The translations under genes and the position numbers were made by a program. This document shows positions 1 through 12,475 of a stretch of DNA of 64,000 nucleotides, one piece after another; positions within the stretch are counted from its first letter, which is position 1; each line of letters opens with the position of its first letter. The stretch is from Phyllobates terribilis (taxonomy: Eukaryota). Location: NCBI RefSeq assembly GCF_046119375.1, contig NW_027362764.1, positions 802,466,001 to 802,530,000 of the forward strand, read 5' to 3'. The notes under the pieces were generated by a model. The model saw nothing but the letters and a program-made list of their open reading frames with translations, searched no databases and was not told the origin of the DNA.

Positions 1-429
1 AGTAATATGGACTAATGTGTATGTCTGCATCAGCGAAACAACAAACTAATGTGTGTGGGGGGCCTTTAGATATGGCCCCTCACATCAGATATGTTACTTC
101 TGGGCTCTATCCATCAAATATCTCAAGAATTATTTAATTAGATCCCAGAATTTCTAATGACTCTAAAATATATATATACAAAAAGTTAAAATATTTCCCC
201 CCATAAAATGTGACAGAGAAGTCCGCGTTGACAAAACGCGCTGTAATGCAGATGTTCAAGTTACAGAGTACAGCGAAACACGTCAACATGGCGAAACCAA
301 GTGCAATATTTCCTGAGGAGCCACTAGGACACCAGGATGCGTATCACCGGGGAGTATACATCGTATATATCTAGATTCTGCTACGTACAAATATGTTTTT
401 AAGTCTGTGATGTCCGCTAATACCATCAG

Positions 430-2109
<1,680 letters not shown>

Positions 2110-2275
2110 TCAGTCCAGCTGCTCAGGACCTGCCATGAGTATACTGCCATGCTGAGGAGGGTGCCAGGCTGTGCCCACTGACTTGCCACAGCGCCCTGTG
2201 TTTCTTCTTTTGTCTCACCCCTCCTCTCCTCCAGAGCCTAAACTCTGCCCAGTCAGGAAGAGACGCAAATACATC

Positions 2276-2376
2276 TGCGCATGCGCCGTGCTAACAACCC
2301 TGCCGCGCACACTACGCATGCGCTCGAGTTTCAGCTGTCAACTTCTGTCATAGAAGCACGCATGCGCAAGACTACA
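2276..2376. promoter_or_regulatory. Shared TIGD5/EEF1D bidirectional promoter with three NRF1-like motifs
   Basis: TGCGCATGCGCC (2276), TACGCATGCGCT (2313) and CACGCATGCGCA (2357), followed by ACTACA (2371), between two divergent genes. Confidence 0.6.
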
Positions 2377-2663
2377 TGTCTTTACTGCGTCTCCGTTGAG
2401 GATTTTTTTTTTTTTTTTTACGTCTACGTTAAGGACTCAACCATCCCAGTCATCGGACAGAATAAAGAACAGAGGTAAAATCACCCCCTCAATAATTGGT
2501 AGACGCCCCGGTGACATAAGATGAGCGGAGTGATGCCAATAATGTACGAAATTTATAGAGACTGTTGTTTTAGTAGCCGGTTTTCCCATTTCCACCCCAC
2601 ATTGCATAGTGGTACGGTCCAGCCTGTGCGCTGGTTACTAGAGCTGGCAGGTCACGTGGCCCG

Positions 2664-2708
2664 CTCCTTCCCTCCCGCGCTCTCTTCTGACAAGGCAGCG
2701 GCTGCAGC
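2664..2708 (+). other. EEF1D: Probable non-coding exon 1 of EEF1D with a 5' TOP-like pyrimidine tract
   Basis: CTCCTTCCCTCCCGCGCTCTCTTCT tract, E-box CACGTG at 2653, donor GC|GTGAGT at 2709, CpG-rich context. The exact TSS is not determinable. Confidence 0.6.
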
Positions 2709-2809
2709 GTGAGTACCGGGCCGGGCTCCGGGGGCTGCTGACCCGGCTGGCGGGGTAGTGGGGGCTGAGTCAGCTACCGGAGTTATAAAGTGGAGACAGA
2801 GGAGTGACG

Positions 2810-5800
2810 AAGCGGCCGCTGAGGAGGGGAGATGGACGGGCCTGTGTACATAGTGTGGGTATGAAGCCGGCTGAGGAGGGGAGATGGCCGGGCCTGTATA
2901 CATAGTGTGGGTATGAAGCCGGCTGAGGAGGGGAGATGGCCGGGCCTGTGTACATAGTGTGGGTATGAAGCCGGCTGAGGAGGGGAGATGGCCGGGCCTG
3001 TATACATAGTGTGTGTATGAAGCCGGCTGAGGAGGGGAGATGGCCGGGCCTGTATACATAGTGTGTGTATGAAGCCGGCTGAGGAGGGGAGATGGCCGGG
3101 CCTGTATACATAGTGTGGGTATGAAGCCGGCTGAGGAGGGGAGATGGCCGGGCCTGTGTACATAGTGTGGGTATGAAGCCGGCTGAGGAGGGGAGATGGC
3201 CGGGCCTGTATACATAGTGTGTGGATGAAGCCGGCTGAGGAGGGGAGGTGGCCGGGCCTGTGTACATAGTGTGTGGGTATGAAGCCGGCTGAGGAGGGGA
3301 GATGGCCGGGCCTGTATACATAGTGTGGGTATGAAGCCGGCTGAGGAGGGGAGATGGCCGGGCCTGTGTACATAGTGTGGGTATGAAGCCGGCTGAGGAG
3401 GGGAGATGGCCGGGCCTGTATACATAGTGTGGGTATGAAGCCGGCTGAGGAGGGGAGATGGCCGGGCCTGTGTACATAGTGTGGGTATGAAGCCGGCTGA
3501 GGAGGGGAGATGGCCGGGCCTGTGTACATAGTGTGGGTATGAAGCCGGCTGAGGAGGGGAGATGGCCGGGCCTGTGTACATAGTGTGGGTATGAAGCCGG
3601 CTGAGGAGGGGAGATGGCCGGGCCTGTGTACATAGTGTGGGTATGAAGCCGGCTGAGGAGGGGAGATGGCCGGGCCTGTATACATAGTGTGGGTATGAAG
3701 CCGGCTGAGGAGGGGAGATGGCCGGGCCTGTGTACATAGTGTGGGTATGAAGCCGGCTGAGGAGGGGAGATGGCCGGGCCTGTATACATAGTGTGGGTAT
3801 GAAGCCGGCTGAGGAGGGGAGATGGCCGGGCCTGTATACATAGTGTGGGTATGAAGCCGGCTGAGGAGGGGAGATGGCCGGGCCTGTGTACATAGTGTGG
3901 GTATGAAGCCGGCTGAGGAGGGGAGATGGCCGGGCCTGTGTACATAGTGTGGGTATGAAGCCGGCTGAGGAGGGGAGATGGCCGGGCCTGTGTACATAGT
4001 GTGGGTATGAAGCCGGCTGAGGAGGGGAGATGGCCGGGCCTGTATACATAGTGTGGGTATGAAGCCGGCTGAGGAGGGGAGATGGCCGGGCCTGTGTACA
4101 TAGTGTGGGTATGAAGCCGGCTGAGGAGGGGAGATGGCCGGGCCTGTGTACATAGTGTGGGTATGAAGCCGGCTGAGGAGGGGAGATGGCCGGGCCTGTG
4201 TACATAGTGTGTGTATGAAGCCGGCTGAGGAGGGGAGGTGGCCGGGCCTGTGTACATAGTGGGTGGATGAAGCCGGCTGAGGAGGGGAGGTGGCCGGGCC
4301 TGTGTACATAGTGTGGGTATGAAGCCGGCTGAGGAGGGGAGATGGCCGGGCCTGTGTACATAGTGTGGGTATGAAGCCGGCTGAGGAGGGGAGATGGCCG
4401 GGCCTGTGTACATAGTGTGGGTATGAAGCCGGCTGAGGAGGGGAGATGGCCGGGCCTGTGTACATAGTGTGGGTATGAAGCCGGCTGAGGAGGGGAGATG
4501 GCCGGGCCTGTGTACATAGTGTGGGTATGAAGCCGGCTGAGGAGGGGAGGTGGCCGGGCCTGTGTACATAGTGTGGGTATGAAGCCGGCTGAGGAGGGGA
4601 GGTGGCCGGGCCTGTGTACATAGTGTGGGTATGAAGCCGGCTGAGGAGGGGAGATGGCCGGGCCTGTGTACATAGTGTGGGTATGAAGCCGGCTGAGGAG
4701 GGGAGATGGCCGGGCCTGTATACATAGTGTGGGTATGAAGCCGGCTGAGGAGGGGAGATGGCCGGGCCTGTATACATAGTGTGGGTATGAAACCGGCTGA
4801 GGAGGGGAGATGGCCGGGCCTGTGTACATAGTGTGGGTATGAAGCCGGCTGAGGAGGGAAGGTGGCCGGGCCTGTGTACATAGTGTGTGTATGAAGCCGG
4901 CTGAGGAGGGGAGGTGGCCGGGCCTGTGTACATAGTGTGTGTATGAAGCCGGCTGAGGAGGGGAGGTGGCCGGGCCTGTATACATAGTGTGTGGATGAAG
5001 CCGGCTGAGGAGGGGAGGTGGCCGGGCCTGTATACATAGTGTGTGGATGAAGCCGGCTGAGGAGGGGAGGTGGCCGGGCCTGTGTACATAGTGTGTGTAT
5101 GAAGCCGGCTGAGGAGGGGAGATGGCCGGGCCTGTGTACATAGTGTGGGTATGAAGCCGGCTGAGGAGGGGAGATGGCCGGGCCTGTGTACATAGTGTGG
5201 GTATGAAGCTGGCTGAGGAGAGGAGGTGGCTGGGCCTGTGTACATAGTGTGGGTATGAAGCCGGCTGAGGAGAGGAGGTGGCTGGGCCTGTGTACATAGT
5301 GTGGGTATGAAGCCGGCTGAGGAGGGGAGGTGGCCGGGCCTGTGTACATAGTGTGTGTATGAAGCCGGCTGAGGAGGGGAGATGGCCGGGCCTGTGTACA
5401 TAGTGTGTGTATGAAGCCGGCTAAGGAGGGGAGATGGCCGGTCCTGTGTACATAGTGTGTGGATGAAGCCGGCTGGGGAGATGGCCGGGCCTGTATACAT
5501 AGTGTGTGTGTATATGAAGCCGGCTGAGGAGAGGAGGTGGCCGGGCCTGTGTGTATATGAAGCCGGCTGAGGAGAGGAGGTGGCCGGGCCTATTTACATA
5601 GTGTGGGTATGAAGCCGGCTGAGGAGGGGAGGTGGCCGGGCCTGTGTACATAGTGTGTGTATGAAGCCGGCTGAGGAGGGGAGGTGGCCGGGCCTGTGTA
5701 CATAGCGTGTGGATGAAGCCGGCTGAGGAGGGGAGGTGGCCGGGCCTGTGTACATAGTGTGTGTATGAAGCCGGCTGAGGAGGGGAGATGGCCGGGCCTG

Positions 5801-7432
5801 TGTACATAGTGTGTGTATGAAGCCGGCTAAGGAGGGGAGATGGCCGGTCCTGTGTACATAGTGTGTGGATGAAGCCGGCTGGGGAGATGGCCGGGCCTGT
5901 ATACATAGTGTGTGTGTATATGAAGCCGGCTGAGGAGAGGAGGTGGCCGGGCCTGTGTACATAGTGTGTGTGTATATGAAGCCGGCTGAGGAGAGGAGGT
6001 GGCCGGGCCTATTTACATAGTGTGGGTATGAAGCCGGCTGAGGAGGGGAGGTGGCCGGGCCTGTGTACATAGCGTGTGTATGAAGCCGGCTGAGGAGGGG
6101 AGGTGGCCGGGCCTGTGTACATAGCGTGTGGATGAAGTCGGCTGAGGAGGGGAGGTGGCCGGGCCTGTGTACATAGCGTGTGGATGAAGCCGGCTGAGGA
6201 GGGGAGGTGGCCGGGCCTGTGTACATAGCGTGTGGATGAAGCCGGCTGAGGAGGGGAGGTGGCCGGGCCTGTGTACATAGCGTGTGGATGAAGCCGGCTG
6301 AGGAGGGGAGGTGGCCGGGCCTGTGTACATAGTGTGGGTATGAAGCCGGCTGAGGAGGGGAGGTGGCCGGGCCTGTGTACATAGTGTGTGGATGAAGCCG
6401 GCTGAGGAGGGGAGATGGCCGGGCCTGTATACATAGTTTGGGTATGCAGCCGGCTGAGGAGGGGAGGTGGCCGGGCCTGTGTACATAGTGTGTGGGTATG
6501 CAGCCGGCTGAGGAGGGGAGGTGGCCGGGCCTGTGTACATAGTGTGTGGGTATGCAGCCGGCTGAGGAGGGAAGGTGGCCGGGCCCGTGTACATAGTGTG
6601 TGGGTATGAAGCCGGCTGAGGAGGGGAGATGGCCGGGCCTGTGTACATAATGTGTGTGTATATGAAGCCGGCTGAGGAGAGGAGGTGGCCGGGCCTGTGT
6701 ACATAGTGTGTGTGTATATGAAGCCGGCTGAGGAGAGGAGGTGGCCGGGCCTGTGTACATAGTGTGGGTATGAAGTCGGCTGAGGAGGGGAGGTGGCTGG
6801 GCCTGTGTACATAGTGTGGGTATGAAGCCGGCTGAGGAGGGGAGGTGGCCGGGCCTGTGTACATAGTGTGGGTATGAAGTCGGCTGAGGAGGGGAGGTGG
6901 CCGGGCCTGTTTACATAGTGTGGGTTTGAAGCCGGCTGAGGAGGGGAGGTGGCCGGGCCTGTTTACATAGTGTGGGTATGCAGCCGGCTGAGGAGTGGAG
7001 ATGGCCGGGCCTGTGTACATAGTGTGTGGATGAAGCCGGCTGAGGAGGGGAGATGGCCGGGCCTGTGTACATAGTGTGTGGATGAAGCCGGCTGAGGAGG
7101 GGAGATGGCCGGGCCTGTGTACATAGCGTGTGTATGAAGCCGGCTGAAGAGGGGAGATGGCCGGGCCTGTGTACATAGCGTGTGGATGAAGCCGGCTGAG
7201 GAGGGGAGGTGGCCGGGCCTGTGTACATAGTGTGGGTATGAAGCCGGCTAAGGAGGGGAGGTGGCCGGGCCTGTGTACATAGTGTGTGGGTATGCAGCCG
7301 GCTGAGGAGGGGAGGTGGCCGGGCCTGTTTACATAGTGTGGGTTTGAAGCCGGCTGAGGAGGGGAGGTGGCCGGGCCTGTGTGTGTACATAGTGTGTGGA
7401 TGAAGCTGGCTGAGGAGGGGAGATGGCCGGGC
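2810..7432. repeat. 52-bp minisatellite, about 88 units, in EEF1D intron 1
   Basis: Unit GTATGAAGCCGGCTGAGGAGGGGAGATGGCCGGGCCTGTGTACATAGTGTGG. Confidence 0.97.
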
Positions 7433-10400
7433 CGTATATCTATCTCTTCATCCATCAGAGCCGGCTAGATGCTGCAGTCAGTCATCGGCCTGGCAGCTGT
7501 CAGTGAGCGCCACCCTGGCAACAACTGCATGTGGGGAGGGTGACGAGGTATTGGGCCCCGTACACATGTGACGTCTGGATGAATACAAGACCTGTGTGCA
7601 CGAGGCCCAAGATTCTTGTTAATGCTCATCATATCCATAGAAAACCTGCCCTTAAAGGGGTGATCCGCTCCTGCACGACACCTTTAAATGCCCTCAGATG
7701 GCTGCATTAAATAAAATAAGTATATTCTTACTTCCTGCGCCGTTTGTCTGCACCGAGCTCCGTGTGATGTGACAGCTGAGCGGATAAGCAGCGCCTGTGC
7801 AGGGAATACACTCCTTCCTGATATTGGACGTGTCTGGTCCCTGTGTGTGATCCTGGCTCAGGAGCGGAGCCTGCCCCATTCCTGCTAGATGCCGGCCGTG
7901 TAGCTTAGCCATCATCAATCGGTGATCTAAGCTCCGCTCGCGGCTTTTGCTGCTGTCAGTCTCTTGACTACCTTATAGAAAGGTGACAGTATGGGGCACA
8001 CTGCTTCCCCCCTGCTTCTCAATTAGTGATGGGCAGTTCGGCTCTTTTTGATGATATGGCTCTTCTGGCTCCGCTCACCAAATAGAGCCGGCTCTTTTGG
8101 ATCCTAAATGGATCCCTATTAAATGTGTTCACCATAGATGAAAAGCATAATTAAGATGATGCCGAAACTCTGCGTTACGGCCGCAGATAATTGCAATTTT
8201 ACACCCATTTTCCGCAATTTTACGCCCCACAGCCTGGAGATGGATACAGCCTGATACCGCCCTCCATGTGTGCAGTGTGTGATTGCGTCTCCTGTCAGTC
8301 ATGGGGGGGGGGGGGTACGATATGGGGGCAGACTATGGATACAGCACCAAGCATGTATATAGCTTATAGTACAGGTATACAGCCGGATATAGGGGGTGCT
8401 ATACCGGGCAGGGCTGCTGCTGCTGTTTTTCTTATCTGTATCCACAATCTGTATAGTATAAATAGCGGCCACGATTCCTATGTTATAGTAAATCCTCGTG
8501 TTTCTGTTACTTCTCCTGGAAATGTAGGAATAAATTGCGTGGTGGGCGTCACAGGTTAGGGGGGATGGGGTGTCCTTCTGTTCGATCAGTGCTGAAAAGT
8601 GAAATGGCATTAGTGTAGTCATAGATTTCCAGGAGGAATAACAGAGGGACAGCACGATGCAGACTTGCTTGGGAACCTACTCAGAAATGACTTGCTGTCC
8701 TCGGCGGCTTAGTACTTGTCCTCACTTTCCTGCGCTCTGATGTGTAGAGGAGTGAGGGGCTTGGCACTCTGGTATCGGCCCCCCACGGTCCTCGTCCTGA
8801 TGGGTCGCATTGTTACAAGGAGTCGTCCGTATGAAGAAATATCTATAACGTGTAGGAGATTGAGAGAGATATGTTCTCTTTGTTGTGGGTTTCGTCCTCA
8901 GTGACTGTCCTGTTCCCCAGGTCGCGCTGTCTTCTAACCTTGCTGCTTTCTCTTTCCTGCTGACTCGGCTGCGCAGTTCTCCTGCGGTACATAGTGAGTA
9001 TGCACACCCTAGTCTGCTCCATCTGCATGTCTGCACCATCTCCCCATCCATTGCTCCATCCGTCTCTCCATCCTACTGTTCTTTCTTTCAGTCATTTCTG
9101 GAGGGTTTAGTGAGACAGATGTTTAGTAACGGGAATGCAAGAAGTGTACGGATATATAGCAGAGAACGGCGCTCTGCCGAGGTTACGGTCTGTTTTAGCT
9201 GCCCTCTACTGGGTTATTATAGGAAGTTTTACTTATAAGGACTTGTGCCAGAATCTCATATGTCCTGTCCACAGGATCAGCAAGTGTCTGATCGCCAGAG
9301 ATCGGCGTTCAATGTTCTCGCCTCCTGATGCAGAAGAGAGCCATGCTGGAGATCCCATTAAAGTTATTATTGCCTAAACCTGTGTACAGTACATGCAGTG
9401 TTGGTGTACTCACCGATCGCCATCTTCACCCGTTCTCAGCGCCGCTCCTCTTCTAGGTCACGTGACTGCGATTCTGAATTGCCGGCTACGGACCATTTTT
9501 CTGATGCTCCATACATTATAGAAGCCGCCTTTGGCTCATACACAGATCCCGGTGTTAGCCGGCAGGTCAGAGTATTCATCACGTGATTTAGAAGAGGAGT
9601 AGCACTGGGAAGATGGTGATAACCACGTAGACATTTCCACAGGTTTAGACAATACAAAGTTTCAGGAAAGTGCAGAATAGCCACAGATTGCCCGTCTTGC
9701 GGCCGCTGCCTACATGTAACCGTGGGCTAGCTGACATTGCAGATCGTTAGATCGGAATTCCCTGAGTCCCAGTCTAAATGTAGGAGGTCACTGAGATCTA
9801 GAAGCAGATCTGCCCGGGTGTCAGAAGATGCATCGGGGTGTCAGATCACACCATGAGGACGAGAGGGATCTATAGTGTGAAGTGCTCGCATCAGATGTTG
9901 TCTGGGATCATCCACCGCATCCGGCCACACAGATCGTCATTTCCCTTCTCCCTGTGCATCTGTCTGGCTGACCCTGACCTCTCCTCTCCTCTCTTCCTTC
10001 AGAGCTCTGTAGTTTCCATTGCATGTGTCTATCTGCACCACCACTACTACCCCTACCGGAAAGGCACAACCATCGAGTGGAACTGCTACTGCTCCCAGCT
10101 TACATATTATACGAGGAGCCTATTTATTGCCCAGTCACGGCCCATACACCGTATTGGCTGCTGACCACGATGGAAGCAGATGTCATTGGGGCGTCCTCCA
10201 GGGTGCAGCTGTTAAGTTGTGGTGCATCCCGTATCGGTGGCGCACTGTTGGTGACATCGCCTGTCGCTTCATCCAGTTCCTCTTGATGGTTGTCAGATTA
10301 ACGGCAGCGGGTCCTAATTCTTGATTTTCTGTAGTAAGGCCGGGACATTAATTGTCCACTCCACCCGCTCAGACTACTACTCCACCGTGCTGAATTCGGC

Positions 10401-10861
10401 TCCACCTCCCCCCTGGTCTGCTATTGTTTTTTTTTTTTTTTTTTGCAGCAGGAGGTGGAAGCGCGTTCAGGCTCCATCTGCTGATCATTGCATGATATGG
10501 CTTCGTAGAAATGTGGTCTTACCAGAGAAGACCCCTCAGATCCTCACCCTCTAACGCTCTGCCGGGCGATGGCTCAGGTACCACTCCTGCCCAGCGATTC
10601 TTTTATAAGCTGCCAATGGAGGGGTCTCTTACTTTTGCATTAAGTCGTAGTTTTCTGCCCCTGATGGCCTGTAATGAGCTGGTCCTCGTCATAGGGATGA
10701 GCAGCTTCCAGTGACATGTCTGGTCAGTCTGAGCCTCCATGGCCGCCCGTCCTTACCCCTCTGGCCCTCAGGGTCTTCTCTGGTAAACACCCTTTGTCTC
10801 TTGTGCATTTCTATTCGGCGTTACAGCTCTTGTTGTCTTTTAATGCTGCTGGACGGTGAAG

Positions 10862-11952
10862 ATGAGGACGAGGAAGCACCAGAGCCCAGCCGAGTCCAGC
10901 TGGGTGGACAAACTCAAGTGTGAGGACGGTGCCAAGCTCGTGGGTGAAACCCAGACAACCCCAAACCCTAAAAAGAGCGAAGCAACAAACGGCAACCAGT
11001 CCGAACCCTCAGAGAACTCCCTGACCACCGACCAGAAGAAAGTCAACGTCAAAAAGCAGAAAAAGAGGCGAAGGTCCCCACGAAACAAAACCTCTCTGAA
11101 GACTGACGCGGCGCTCCTCGGCATGATGGCAGACGCCGTATGGTTGGATAAGTACGTCTATGATGACGCTGAATGTTATTTCCACGCCAGGCTGGCCTCG
11201 GAGCAGAACCACCCGCCTTCAACCAAGGCAGCTGCCAGTAAAAAACACAAGAACAGTGTCACGGGCGGCTGCTGCCACTCCAGTACGGTGGCATGCCACC
11301 ACGTCAGCAAAGGCATCTGGGTCAACAAGTTCAACTTTGAGGATGCAGAGAGCCACTTTGTCATGCGGTTTTCCTCCCCGCTCGCTCCTCGTGTGCTAAA
11401 CCTCAACCTGCTCTCTCCTGACCGCACGGCTCCGAAAACGCCCGACGAAGGATACTCAAGTGCCACCCCCACCCCGGCCGCTGTGCCCAATCCACTGACT
11501 GTAAACGCCATAACATCGGACCCCACTGTGAACGGGAAGCCCCACTGGGCCGGGCTGCAGAGCCTGCTGACCGAAGTGTGGCTGGACAAGTCTCTGTATG
11601 ACCAGGCGGAGACACGGTACTATGAGCACGTGGCACAAGCCAAACCCAACCCCAATGCCTGGAGCCACTACACGGGCAAAAGGGCTAAAAAGGACAAATG
11701 GAGCCGCAAATCTACTGGGAAGCAGAGGAAAGAGCTGGCCAGTATCCCGGAGGAGGCCGCGCTGTATTACCCCACGTACTACCTGCACACCGACAGCGAG
11801 AGGATATGGCTGGACAAGGGCGCGTACGACCAGGCTGAAGAAGACTTCTACTCCACCCGAAGCCATAGGACCACCGACGCCGTGAAATACTACAAGTCAC
11901 CATCTGTAGCCAAACGCCCCAGGGCTGTAAAAAGCAGACACAGTGGCAAGAA
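10862..11952 (+). CDS. EEF1D: EEF1D long-isoform (eEF1BdeltaL-type) N-terminal coding exon
   Basis: Collinear similarity to the mammalian long exon: KKQKKRRRSP NLS, VWLDK, VACHHVSKGIWVNK, VNGKPHWAGLQSLLTEVWLDK. Acceptor TTACAG at 10826. Phase-2 donor AA|GTAGGA joins in frame to the next exon (..GKK-D-MAASF). Confidence 0.85.
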
Positions 11953-12475
11953 GTAGGAGCCTAGTATATATCCTTATGTAGTAATGTCACGTTGTGTACG
12001 CTAATGTCAGTGTGTCAAGATCTCGGGAAGGGGATTATTCCATTGTTGGATGCCCTCCTCGCCTGGGACCCCCGCTCCTGTCACAGAGACGCCTCACAGC
12101 TTCTGAATCTGCTTTGTGTTTCACTTCTTTACCTTCTTATCTGTCACTGAATGGAAACCTTCTAAATACCCATTCCAATGCTGCGGTTTTGCAGCACACA
12201 CCTTTCTCGTTGAGATGGTTTGTTGCAGCGTGTCAGTGACACCTGGTTGAGATGAGCTGCGCCGCGGACGTCTGGAACCTGGCATGTATGGCCGTACCTA
12301 GTCCAGTTGTCAGGATCGGGCACCGGAAAGTGCTACGTCCACAGCGCTCCTCGCTGGAGGACCCCTTTAATCCACAATTTTGCTTTTAAAGGTGGACGGT
12401 ACGAAGGAGGCATTAATATTAGAGGAGGATCCGTTTCCTTCCCCTATCTATTACTCATCTTTACAATGGGGTCTG

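Noticed and set aside
2652-7455. Long minus-strand ORFs (up to 905 aa) with MYTGPA repeats
   Set aside because: Artefacts of a stop-free 52-bp repeat: all three frames give the same permuted peptide.
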